This document shows positions 36,971 through 45,931 of a DNA stretch of 64,000 nucleotides, piece by piece (the stretch's first letter is position 1; every line of letters starts with the position of its first letter). This DNA is from a virus (lineage: Duplodnaviria > Caudoviricetes): positions 19,116 through 83,115 of the IMG/VR virus record IMGVR_UViG_2739368068_000001; one strand, given 5' to 3'. The position numbers were made by a program, and so were the translations under genes. The notes beneath the pieces are model-generated. The model saw only the letters and a list, made by a program, of their open reading frames with translations. It had not been told where the DNA came from and made no database searches.

Positions 36971-39378
36971 ACGAAGTCCCTTCCGGCCCCGGCGGCCAAC
37001 CGTTCGTTACGAGCCCGACGGGCGCCGCCGGTGAGCTGCGCCTTGAACTCGGTGTAGGTCATGCGCGGGTGAGTCTCCCACCAGCGCAACAACTCCTCCG
37101 ACGCGTACCGGCGTACCCGGTTGATCCCGCCGGAGAACAGGGCCCGGGGGTCGAACGCCTGAGCCCGGCCAGCAGGGGAGAGCAGGTGCCCCCGCGTCGC
37201 TGTCTCCGCCTCCAGGTATTGCAGGCTGACCCACTCGTCGTACTGGCGCCGGATCGCCGCGTCGGACAGCCGCCGGCCGCCGCTGCCGGCGGCGGCCTGC
37301 TCACGCTGCAACGTCTCGATGTCGAGATCATGCACCTCGGCGTACGCGTCCAGGTAGTCGCGGCCCTGGGCGAGCAGTTCGTTTAGCCGCTTGTCCTGCT
37401 CGGGAGTCGACTCCCGCCACTGCGTCGCGTGTTTCTTCTGGCGCGACGTCGTCCGGTCCGGCGGCCCGTACCGTTTATGGTCGTCCGGGTCGACGCCGTC
37501 CTCTTTCGCGAGCTGCCGAAACTCGGCGATCAGCGCGGGCGTCTTCAACGCGTCGGGGCGCTTGTCACCCCGGGACGCCGCGCCGGCCTCTCGCTGCAAG
37601 GTGGAATCCTCAATCTCGTCGGTGTAGGAGACGCCGTAGGCTCGCAGCATCGCCCGATAGACCCGGCGGGCGCTGGCCCGGTCCCCGTTCTCTGCGTCCT
37701 TTCGCGCCTGTTCCAGGATGATCGCCCACGCCTGGGCAGGCTTAGCGACGTCCGCAGGCGGTAGGGGACGCCGCATCGGCCCGACCGACGGGTCATCCTC
37801 CGGCCCTCGTGCAATCGTTGACGGTGTCGGACCAAGGTCGGCGAATTCGCCAAGGTGGCGATACCACGCCAGATAAAGGGCGACCCGCTCAACCAGCGCC
37901 CGGGGATCGGCTTTCTCCGCTGCCCGAATCGCCTTCTCGTCGGCGTCGGCTGGTAACCCGAGGACCCGGCGCCGGGACTCGTCGAGCCGGCCGCGCATCT
38001 CTCCGTCTCGGGCCCCCGTCGGCCGGGCGGTGTAGAGCAGCAGCGTGTCAAACCACTCCATCGGGTTCCGCACCCGGACGGGCCCGCCCGGACCGGCGTT
38101 GCGGCGTGCCTCTCGGTCCGCTGCTATCGCGTTGCGGCGGTCCAGTTCGCCGCGCAACTGCGCCAGCCGCGTCGTCCGGTATTCCTCCTCATCCGGCGCA
38201 AGGTCGCGCTCCTCGACGGTCCGGATCGCGGCCGGGAGTTCGTCGTCGGCCAGGTCCCGCGCGGGTATGAACAGGGCCCGTCGGAGCCGCGCCTGTTCCG
38301 TTGCCCGGGCTTCCTCGGCCTCTCGGGCGGCCCGCCGGCGCTCAATCTCGTAGTTGACGTCTTTGGCCTCCTGGTCGCGCTCCCGCTGCGCCTGCGCGTA
38401 TCCCTCCGGCCCCAACTCCCGGTAAAGCTGGCTCGGAAGGCTGCGATGCACGTACAAATTCGCGAATCGTGAATTCAGCTCGCGGTCGGTCAAATCCCGG
38501 AACCGGCGTTCACTCTGGGCGTCGCGGGCTTCCTTCTCACGACGGGCGTGCTCCGCGTACGCCTCCTCCTCCTCCTCCGCCGCCGCCCGCGCCGCCGCCT
38601 CGGCCGCCGCCCGCGCCCGGGCCTCTTCGGCCTCGGCGACCGCCCGCGCCTGCCGCTCGGCCTCCTCCCTCTCGGCCCGCTCGGCGGCCTCCCGGTCGCG
38701 GCGTTCCCACTCGACGTAGATCCGTTCCATCGCGGCCTCGTCGCCGAGCGTGGACGCCGCGTCAAGTCGCCGCTCCATGTCGGCGTCGTCGGTGGTCTCG
38801 TCGAACGGCCGATCGATGATCGCCCGTAGCCGCGCGTTCTGCGCGGCCCGTTCGGCGTCGCGGCGCCCCAGCTCGCCATCGAGTCGCATCAAGGCCGGCT
38901 CGTCGAGGTTGTTCATCCGCGACACGTCGGAGAACAGGGCCAACAGGTCGTCATCGCTGACCCCGGTCAGGTCGGCCGGGATCCGGGCGAGCACCGCGGC
39001 ATCGTCGCGGCGACCCAGCTCGTCGGCGAGCCGGGCTAACGTCCGCTCGTCGACGGGGCCCGGCCGGTTCGTGACCTCCGATATCAGGGCTTGCACCCGC
39101 TCGTCGGACAGGCCGGTCAAGTCGTCAGGTACCCGGGGCGACTCGACCTGCGAGGCGACCACCCGCACCGGGTGTTCCCGGCGTTGCGCCGGCGTCGACG
39201 CCTCGGGGCGTACGTCGCGGCCGTCACGGCGCGCGGTCGATACCTGTACCTCCGCCATCCGGCTGACCCGGGAGCGCCGGTTGTGCCGGGCCGCGATTCC
39301 GTGCATCGCCCCCCGACACGCACAGGTACAGATCTCGTCGGTGGCTTCTGCGCATATCTTGCTGTGTTCCTCGGCCAC
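36967..39378 (-). CDS. Shared-leader head-module protein C (803 aa, helical repeats)
   Basis: Leader HSKICAEATDEICTCACRGAMHGI; DLxxLSD..ELxRRD repeats; C-terminal ASEELLRWW domain. Confidence 0.75.
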   Translation of the reverse strand: MAEEHSKICAEATDEICTCACRGAMHGIAARHNRRSRVSRMAEVQVSTARRDGRDVRPEASTPAQRREHPVRVVASQVESPRVPDDLTGLSDERVQALISEVTNRPGPVDERTLARLADELGRRDDAAVLARIPADLTGVSDDDLLALFSDVSRMNNLDEPALMRLDGELGRRDAERAAQNARLRAIIDRPFDETTDDADMERRLDAASTLGDEAAMERIYVEWERRDREAAERAEREEAERQARAVAEAEEARARAAAEAAARAAAEEEEEAYAEHARREKEARDAQSERRFRDLTDRELNSRFANLYVHRSLPSQLYRELGPEGYAQAQRERDQEAKDVNYEIERRRAAREAEEARATEQARLRRALFIPARDLADDELPAAIRTVEERDLAPDEEEYRTTRLAQLRGELDRRNAIAADREARRNAGPGGPVRVRNPMEWFDTLLLYTARPTGARDGEMRGRLDESRRRVLGLPADADEKAIRAAEKADPRALVERVALYLAWYRHLGEFADLGPTPSTIARGPEDDPSVGPMRRPLPPADVAKPAQAWAIILEQARKDAENGDRASARRVYRAMLRAYGVSYTDEIEDSTLQREAGAASRGDKRPDALKTPALIAEFRQLAKEDGVDPDDHKRYGPPDRTTSRQKKHATQWRESTPEQDKRLNELLAQGRDYLDAYAEVHDLDIETLQREQAAAGSGGRRLSDAAIRRQYDEWVSLQYLEAETATRGHLLSPAGRAQAFDPRALFSGGINRVRRYASEELLRWWETHPRMTYTEFKAQLTGGARRARNERLAAGAGRDFV

Positions 39379-39384
39379 CGCCCG

Positions 39385-40755
39385 TTACCCCCCCGTTGTG
39401 CGATGCCGACGCCCGACGGGCGTCGGCATGATCGCGGCCTTACCTGTCAGGTCCGCGAGGACCGTCATCTGCGAGCCTCCAAGCCCGTCCGGGTATTCCG
39501 AGAGCTGGACTGATATCCGCCGGTCGAGGACCCGGCCACGGCGGCGGAGACTGACTTTCGATACGCCCTGGACGTAGCCGGTACCGCGCGTCGGTACCCC
39601 GTGCTGGTTGATGCCGCTGACGCGTACGTACATGCCCGGCGTCAGGTTGGTGACAGCTACCCGCTCCGGCTTCGGTAGACCCCCCGGCGGGGGTTTCCAG
39701 ACCGTCACCGTCCGGTACCCGTAGGCCACTCCGGACACTGACGGCACGTTGGTGTCGACGCGGATCCAGCCGCCGGCGGCGAGTTGCTCGGGAGACACGG
39801 TGGACGACACACGGCCGATCAGGCGGCCCTGGTTGTCCGTGACTCGGCCGTCGGCGTCGACGTCGCCCCACCGGAACCCGAACGCGTCGTGCGTTATGTT
39901 TTCCCGGGCCTCCCGGGGTATCCCGCTCCCCTCCAGCCGCTTCGGGATCATGATCGATCCATTGGCGATGGCGCGGGCGACATCGGGATGCGTGTCGGGC
40001 ACCGCCGCCCGCTCGGTCGCCTGCCGTGCGTCGTCCCGCTGCCCGATGTCGTCGAGCAGGGCCCGCCGCCGCGTCTCGCTCCGGAGAGCACGTAGCCGGC
40101 GAGCGATGTCCGGCACCGTGTCACGGCTCTCCAGCCCCGTCAGCCCCAGCGCGCCGACCTCCGCCGACGTGATGTCTCCCAGTTCTGGGTAGCGCGTCCG
40201 CAGCAGCGCCGCGAGGGAGTGATTCCCGGTCAGGTTGTCGTACTGCGCCTGCGTCTCGTCGACGAGCTGGCGGGCCCATCCGGCGCGGCTGTCGCCATCG
40301 GCCTGCCGGAGTGCCCGCATCAGCTCCACCGCGCCGTTACGGGCCCCGTTCCGGTCGCCCTGCTCCAGCGCGGCGGCCCAACGCCGGGCAGCGGCCTTCG
40401 TACCGGTCGGGAACCGCTCTGCGATCATGGCCCGCAACCGGGCTGCGCCTTCCGCCGGCAGCCGTGGCGCCGGGTCGTCGACAACGGCCGGCGTCTCCGC
40501 CGGCTGCTGCCCTCCGGTGCTGGCCTTCCGCTGCTCGGTCTTCGTGCCGCCGCCCGGCGGCCGGCCGGTGCTGGCCCGCTCGACCCGGTGGTACCGCTTC
40601 CCGTCGCGGTTGACGGCCGTGACCCTGACGTCGTCCATGTTTCGGATCCGGCCGCCCTTGGTTCGGATCCCGTGCATCGTGCCGCCACAGTCGCAGTAGC
40701 AGTCGCCACCGTCTGCCTCTGCGCACTCGCGGCTGTGCGCTCCCTTGTCGGCCAC
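39385..40755 (-). CDS. Shared-leader head-module protein B (456 aa)
   Basis: Leader HSRECAEADGGDCYCDCGGTMHGI; GAGGAGG RBS. Confidence 0.75.
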   Translation of the reverse strand: MADKGAHSRECAEADGGDCYCDCGGTMHGIRTKGGRIRNMDDVRVTAVNRDGKRYHRVERASTGRPPGGGTKTEQRKASTGGQQPAETPAVVDDPAPRLPAEGAARLRAMIAERFPTGTKAAARRWAAALEQGDRNGARNGAVELMRALRQADGDSRAGWARQLVDETQAQYDNLTGNHSLAALLRTRYPELGDITSAEVGALGLTGLESRDTVPDIARRLRALRSETRRRALLDDIGQRDDARQATERAAVPDTHPDVARAIANGSIMIPKRLEGSGIPREARENITHDAFGFRWGDVDADGRVTDNQGRLIGRVSSTVSPEQLAAGGWIRVDTNVPSVSGVAYGYRTVTVWKPPPGGLPKPERVAVTNLTPGMYVRVSGINQHGVPTRGTGYVQGVSKVSLRRRGRVLDRRISVQLSEYPDGLGGSQMTVLADLTGKAAIMPTPVGRRHRTTGG

Positions 40756-40842
40756 CGCCGGCCTCCTCGTGCTGTTGTCGGCGCACGCGGAACAGCCGCC
40801 CCGCGCGGTGCGGGACGGCTGTTCGTGTGGTGGTACGGGCGC

Positions 40843-41124
40843 CTAGTGGACGACGGCCGCCCCGGCGGCGACCGGTGGTACCGGGACCGGCGGCGGGGTG
40901 CCGGTCACGGTCAGCGGGCCGGGGATCAGGTGCCGGCCGGCGAGGTACAGCCACGTCTGGTCGTTGCTGCCCGTCGCGTCGTACTGCGGGCCGAGCGGTG
41001 TCATCGGTGCGGGGACCTGGTCGACGAGCCAGCCGGTAACCTCGGCGCCGGTCGTGGTGTCGGCATCCCACCGGCCGCCCCGGAAATCGAGCCAACGACC
41101 GTCGCTGCCCTCAATTCGCCACAT
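40843..41124 (-). CDS. Small protein, putative immunity partner of protein A
   Basis: 93 aa; ATG lies 14 nt inside the end of the upstream HExxH gene. Confidence 0.6.
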   Translation of the reverse strand: MWRIEGSDGRWLDFRGGRWDADTTTGAEVTGWLVDQVPAPMTPLGPQYDATGSNDQTWLYLAGRHLIPGPLTVTGTPPPVPVPPVAAGAAVVH

Positions 41125-42751
41125 GAGACGAATTGTATCCGAGTGTGAGTAGAGCGCCGATAACAAACTGCTGCAAATCATCGGATCGGTCGAAATCGCG
41201 ACGACGTGACCAGAGATCTTGCATGCCTACCTGGAATAGCTCCCACGGCACGTCGGCCGGATGGTCGGGTTTCCACCGTTCGTACGTCTTACCTGCGTAC
41301 GCGTTTGCCCATGTGTCCCTGAACCCGACTTCACGGTCTCCACTGTAAATCGGCGTCTGTCGTTCCAGTGTGACGCCGTCAGGGGCGGTCGACCTGCGAC
41401 GAACCATTGTGAATTCAAGGTGCGTCAGACCAGGAATCGTCGCTTCCATCCGGTGCCCGAGTTCGTGCACGGTCACATCCCGCGCGTACCCGTCCGCGCC
41501 GGCGCCGTGCGCGCCGGCGTACCAACCGCCGACCCCCTGCGCCGGTACCCCCATCGTGTCGATCCCGGCGGAGTAGAACGCCCGTTCGGAGGCCACCAAC
41601 CGCAACGGCCGCCGCGCGGCGGCCTGTAGCCACTCCGACGGGTAGAACTGTTCGGCGTCGGCCAGCGTGACCAGCGCGGTGACACGTGCCCCGGTAGTCG
41701 GGACTCCGTCGACGTCCGTGATCCGCGACGCCTCTTCGTCCGTGGCCAGGGTTGCGCGGTGCCCCGGCCCGCCGAACGTCCGCGCAGACCCGAGCAACGC
41801 GGCCAAAATCTCCTGTTCCCGGCGTAGCGGAGCGAGTTTCGCTGCCTTCCACCGCTGGTGAGCGGCCGTCACATCAGGATGATCGGCCGGCAGCGTCTCC
41901 GACAGCCGCGACCAGGTGGCCCACGACTCCTCGTCGGCACGGCGGAGTCGCTGCCACTCAGGGTCGTTGTGCCATACCTTCCGCGCTTCGTCGAGGACCA
42001 GGCGGCCGACGTCGAGGACCGCATCGAGGTGCCGCTCATACTCTTCTGGCGGCAGCCGCACCGACAGTCCCGACGCGTCGTCACGACCGGTCCGGTAGTG
42101 GTAGCTGGTCCGGTCGGCGGCCCGTTCCTCCTCCGTCCGCAGATAGTTACGGTTGTTCCTCAACGCCTCTTCGAGCGCTTCTATCCGCTGCTCGTACGGG
42201 CCGACCGACTGGGCAAACCAGCGTTCCCGGTCGGCCTTGCGAAGCCGCTGCCCCCGCCACTCGGCCTTGAACGCGGCGGCGGCCTGATCCCGGCGGGCCC
42301 GCTCGGCCGCGATCGCCGTCTCCAGCTCGGCGATCGCGGCGCGCAGCTCGGCGGCCCGCGCGACCGCCCGCCGGTCGACCCGCAGCGGCGCATCCCATTC
42401 GCCGCTAGTCTTCGGCAGGCCGGCCCGGACGCGGGCGATCGTTTCCCGCACCCCGTCCGGCAGCGTCGGCGCTTCCGGCGTCGTCGACCGGCTGACGGTC
42501 ACCGAGGGTGCCCGGCGAAGCGCCTGCCGCCGCTCGGTCAGGGTGCCGCCGCCGGGCGGTAGCCCGTCGTCCCGGCGGACTCGCCACCGCCGGCGGGTAC
42601 CGGTTCCGATCGCGATGATCTGTACGTCCGCCATGCGGCGGAGCCGGCCGGACAGGTGTCGAATGCCGTGCATGGTGCCCTTGCACTGGCAGTGACACAC
42701 CCCGCCATCGGCGTTGGCGCACTCCTCGCTGTGCGGTCCGGCATCGGCCAC
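41111..42751 (-). CDS. Shared-leader head-module protein A with C-terminal HExxH metallopeptidase
   Basis: Leader HSEECANADGGVCHCQCKGTMHGI; VTVHELGHRME...YAGKTY...WELFQVGM. Confidence 0.78.
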   Translation of the reverse strand: MADAGPHSEECANADGGVCHCQCKGTMHGIRHLSGRLRRMADVQIIAIGTGTRRRWRVRRDDGLPPGGGTLTERRQALRRAPSVTVSRSTTPEAPTLPDGVRETIARVRAGLPKTSGEWDAPLRVDRRAVARAAELRAAIAELETAIAAERARRDQAAAAFKAEWRGQRLRKADRERWFAQSVGPYEQRIEALEEALRNNRNYLRTEEERAADRTSYHYRTGRDDASGLSVRLPPEEYERHLDAVLDVGRLVLDEARKVWHNDPEWQRLRRADEESWATWSRLSETLPADHPDVTAAHQRWKAAKLAPLRREQEILAALLGSARTFGGPGHRATLATDEEASRITDVDGVPTTGARVTALVTLADAEQFYPSEWLQAAARRPLRLVASERAFYSAGIDTMGVPAQGVGGWYAGAHGAGADGYARDVTVHELGHRMEATIPGLTHLEFTMVRRRSTAPDGVTLERQTPIYSGDREVGFRDTWANAYAGKTYERWKPDHPADVPWELFQVGMQDLWSRRRDFDRSDDLQQFVIGALLTLGYNSSHVAN

Positions 42752-42766
42752 GTCCACCGCCCCCTG

Positions 42767-43924
42767 TCATGATCGGCTCGCCGGGACGGCGGCCGGTGGA
42801 ATGTGTCCGGCGCCGATCTCCTCTCGGTACCGGAGCCGGGTCAACTGGTGCTCGTCGACGTGCCGCACGATCGCGGCCGTCCACTCGGCGACCCGGGCCG
42901 CCGCCGCCCGCCGGCCCTGCTCGGTCAGCGCCGAGACTTCGCGCTCCCGCCAGTGCCGTATGTGGCGCTCGATCTCTCGCTGCCGGGTCCGGGCCGCCTC
43001 GCCGGCCGGGTCCGCGGTCCGGCCGGTCCGGAGCAGGATCGACACCCCGGGCAGGTAGCGGCGGATCGTGTGCCGGCATCGCGGGTGCAGCAGCCCAGCG
43101 GCGGTCGCCTCGTCGAGCGTGGCCACGACGTTGACGGGCACCAGGGCGCCGGTACGGGCGTGCGGTGCCATCTGCTGGCCGGTGGGGCCCCACAGCGCGA
43201 GAATCCGATGCTCGTAGGGGCGGCAGCGCCAGCATTCGCCGGGCTGGTCGTCGACGGACACGAGCCGGATCCCGGCGGCGGTGATCTCGTCGGCCTGGCC
43301 AAGCACGGTCGCGCGGTGTACGGCGGTCTGCGCGGCCATCTCGACGTACGTGTGGAGGCGCCAGCGGCGGCCGGCGGTGTCGGTGTAGCCGGTGACGCCC
43401 CGGTCGACCAGCTCGGCCCATGCGGCCTGGGCGGCCTCGCGTTGGGTGGTGGCGCCGGTCAGCCTGCGGGCCGCCGCGTTGGTGATCGCCCGCCGGTACG
43501 CGGTGTCGACCTGCGGCAGGATCGCCGCGTGCAGCGGCCGGAGTTCGCTGACCATGGCGTCGGCAAGGGCTTGGATTGCTTGCGCGGCGCGGCGTTCGGC
43601 CTGCCCGGCGGGGCGGGGCGCGGTGCGGTCGGTGAGGTGCTCGGCGAGGTCCGCGACGGCGTCAGCGCGGCCGGCGCGGTAGCCGGCGGCGATCGCTGCC
43701 CGGGCCCGGGCGGCGCCGGCGGCGGCGAGCTGCGCGGCGATCGCCGTGGTGGCGCGGTGTAGCGCGCCGATGCTTTCCAGTCGGCGGGCCTGCCAGTCGG
43801 TGCGGTCGAGTCCGACAGCGAGTCGGGCCCGGATCGTTTGCAGGAGCGCCGTTTCACCTTCGCGGTAGACGTGGGCGACGGCGGCGGCGAGCTGGTCGAC
43901 GCGGCGTGGGTCGACCGCCACCAC
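42767..43924 (-). CDS. Phage minor capsid protein (MuF-related, minor capsid 2 family)
   Basis: RRWRLHTYVEMAAQT, ECWRCRPYE, GLLHPRCRH, REIERHIRHWR. Confidence 0.85.
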   Translation of the reverse strand: MVAVDPRRVDQLAAAVAHVYREGETALLQTIRARLAVGLDRTDWQARRLESIGALHRATTAIAAQLAAAGAARARAAIAAGYRAGRADAVADLAEHLTDRTAPRPAGQAERRAAQAIQALADAMVSELRPLHAAILPQVDTAYRRAITNAAARRLTGATTQREAAQAAWAELVDRGVTGYTDTAGRRWRLHTYVEMAAQTAVHRATVLGQADEITAAGIRLVSVDDQPGECWRCRPYEHRILALWGPTGQQMAPHARTGALVPVNVVATLDEATAAGLLHPRCRHTIRRYLPGVSILLRTGRTADPAGEAARTRQREIERHIRHWREREVSALTEQGRRAAAARVAEWTAAIVRHVDEHQLTRLRYREEIGAGHIPPAAVPASRS

Positions 43925-43933
43925 AACCCCCTA

Positions 43934-43981
43934 AACTTTGGTAAACATGATGTTGACTAAAGATGTTTGGGCGGCTAGTTT
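43934..43981 (+). promoter_or_regulatory. Operator-promoter (rightward) inside the late module
   Basis: AACTTTGGTAAACA-TGA-TGTTGACTAAAGAT; TTGACT-17-TAGTTT. Confidence 0.88.
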
Positions 43982-44030
43982 GATCTCTGGTCGGGTTGCT
44001 GGATCCGACCCCCGAACCGGAGGAACCCCG

Positions 44031-45056
44031 ATGCCGCACACCGCCCCGGCCGCACCCGCCGCCCGCGCCACCTGGAAGAACCACGGCCGCCCGGCCGCCG
44101 GCTTCTACTTCGGCAACGGCGCTGCCCCGGTCGGCTCAGGCCGGCTGGTGACGGTGCGGGCGGTCGGCTCCGTCGAGATCTTCGACGCGACCACCGGCGA
44201 GCGGATCGCCGAGCACAGCACCCGGGCGATGTGGTGGTACGCCCCGGCCGCCGAGATCACCGGCGGGGACCTGGACCGCGCCCGGGTCGGCGCCGCGCAC
44301 ACCGAAGCGCGGCACATCGCCGAGTATCGGCGGATCACCAGCGACCGCACCGACCCGACCGACTCCCTGCTGTACCTCTCCCTCGTCGCCGACCAGCACC
44401 AGGCCGCGCAGCGTGGACACGGCGCGCTGGCGCTCGCGCTCGCCGAGCGAGTCGCCGCGCTCCGGCCGGCGCACGAGGCCGACGAGGCCGAGCGGGCCCG
44501 GGCGCTGGCCGAGCAGCGGGCCCGGGTCATCGCCACGCGGGCCGCTGAGGCCGGGCCGGACGAGGTTGTGATCGTGCCGTGCGGCGGGAAGAAGCTCGAC
44601 GAGGCGGCGCCGGCCGGGGAGATCTACACCGGCAGCTACCACGCCGCGTGCCGGCGGGCCGCCGCCGCCCGGGGCGGCCGGCTGTTCATCCTCTCCGCCC
44701 TCCACGGGCTGCTCGACCCCGCCACGGTGATCGAGCCGTACGACCTGCGGATGGGTCAGCCCGGAAGCGTCACCCCGCGCCAGGTGCGCGACCAGGCCGG
44801 CGCGCTCGGCATCCTCGGCGCCCGGGTGACCGTGCTAGCCGGACGCGCGTACGCGGACGTCGTCCGGGCGGTCTGGCCGGACGCCGCTCGGCCGCTGCAC
44901 GGGTCGCGCGGCATGTTCGAGCAGATGCGGATGCTCGCCGAGATCGCCGCCATGCCCCGGCCGCAGCCGCGCCGCCGGCCGGCACCGGCACCACGGCGGC
45001 GGCCCCGCCGGCCGGTACCGGTCATCGCCGGACAGCTCGCCCTGTTCGCCGCCTGA
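44031..45056 (+). CDS. Protein with C-terminal DUF6884/YaaA-like domain
   Basis: IVPCGGKK...AGEIYTG...FILSALHGLL...IEPYDLRM; GGAGG RBS. Confidence 0.7.
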   Translation: MPHTAPAAPAARATWKNHGRPAAGFYFGNGAAPVGSGRLVTVRAVGSVEIFDATTGERIAEHSTRAMWWYAPAAEITGGDLDRARVGAAHTEARHIAEYRRITSDRTDPTDSLLYLSLVADQHQAAQRGHGALALALAERVAALRPAHEADEAERARALAEQRARVIATRAAEAGPDEVVIVPCGGKKLDEAAPAGEIYTGSYHAACRRAAAARGGRLFILSALHGLLDPATVIEPYDLRMGQPGSVTPRQVRDQAGALGILGARVTVLAGRAYADVVRAVWPDAARPLHGSRGMFEQMRMLAEIAAMPRPQPRRRPAPAPRRRPRRPVPVIAGQLALFAA

Positions 45057-45068
45057 CCTCGGGAGAGT

Positions 45069-45099
45069 TGTTGGTCAAAGATCGGTGTAGGGATAGTTT
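45069..45099 (+). promoter_or_regulatory. Operator half-site promoter (rightward)
   Basis: TGTTGGTCAAAGAT; TTGGTC-17-TAGTTT. Confidence 0.7.
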
Positions 45100-45150
45100 G
45101 GGTACCGGTCGTGCTGTGCTGGACGGCGCGACGGACCAGGAGACACCCTC

Positions 45151-45807
45151 ATGACAACACCCGAACCCCGGCCGGTGAACCTCGACACGCGTCAACGTCG
45201 CATCCTCGCCGAAATCGCCGCAGCCGGCCGGCACGGCGTCTACCGACGGCAGTGGCACGGCGGCACGATCGGCGCGCTGCTCCGCCTGCACGTCATCGAA
45301 GAGGTACCCGGGGCACCCGACTACGTACGACTACGGGCCGGCGTCGCCATCCCGGCCGACCCGACGGGAAGTGAGACCCGCCAGCCAACCGGGCCGATCA
45401 CCCCCGAGGACGTGCACAACATGTGGGAGCGCCTCGGCCTACGGCCGGTGTCGCTACGCGAGGCGCAGCGGATCGCCGACCGGATCAACACCGAAGCGGC
45501 GGCCCGCCCGTACGTGTCGGCGACCACCGCCGCCCGGACGGCCGCGCACGCGTACTGTGCCGCCGCCGTCATCGACGGCCGCCCCGTCGTCGACTACCGC
45601 CGCGACCGGGACTGCGACCGGCCGCACGATCCGACGACAGCCGCCGGGTACGTGGTCCGGGAGACCACCGACGGGCAGGCCACCGCGTACGACCTCGCCG
45701 TGATCAGCGCTTCTGCCGATGCGGCGGCGATCGTCCGGCGGCTGGCCAGTGAGGGGCGTACCGTCCACGTCGACACCCTGTACCGGTGCGGCTGCCGCGC
45801 CGTGTGA
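45151..45807 (+). CDS. Hypothetical early protein
   Basis: 218 aa, AGGAG RBS. Confidence 0.65.
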   Translation: MTTPEPRPVNLDTRQRRILAEIAAAGRHGVYRRQWHGGTIGALLRLHVIEEVPGAPDYVRLRAGVAIPADPTGSETRQPTGPITPEDVHNMWERLGLRPVSLREAQRIADRINTEAAARPYVSATTAARTAAHAYCAAAVIDGRPVVDYRRDRDCDRPHDPTTAAGYVVRETTDGQATAYDLAVISASADAAAIVRRLASEGRTVHVDTLYRCGCRAV

Positions 45808-45815
45808 GCGGGTGA

Positions 45816-45847
45816 AGGGCCCGGCCGTCGTCCGGCGGCCGGGCCCT
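45816..45847. terminator. Hairpin terminator
   Basis: 12-bp perfect stem AGGGCCCGGCCG / CGGCCGGGCCCT. Confidence 0.7.
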
Positions 45848-45931
45848 GTCGTACCCCCGCAGGTACGGCTTGTTGACCAACCATGTGGGTTGGTCGAGTC
45901 TGGATACTCCCACAGATCCGTGTCGGAGAGG

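Noticed and set aside
45871-45895. Operator-like TGTTGACCAACCAT
   Set aside because: Better explained as a hairpin (GACCAACC/GGTTGGTC) after the portal stop; the matching -10 is poor.
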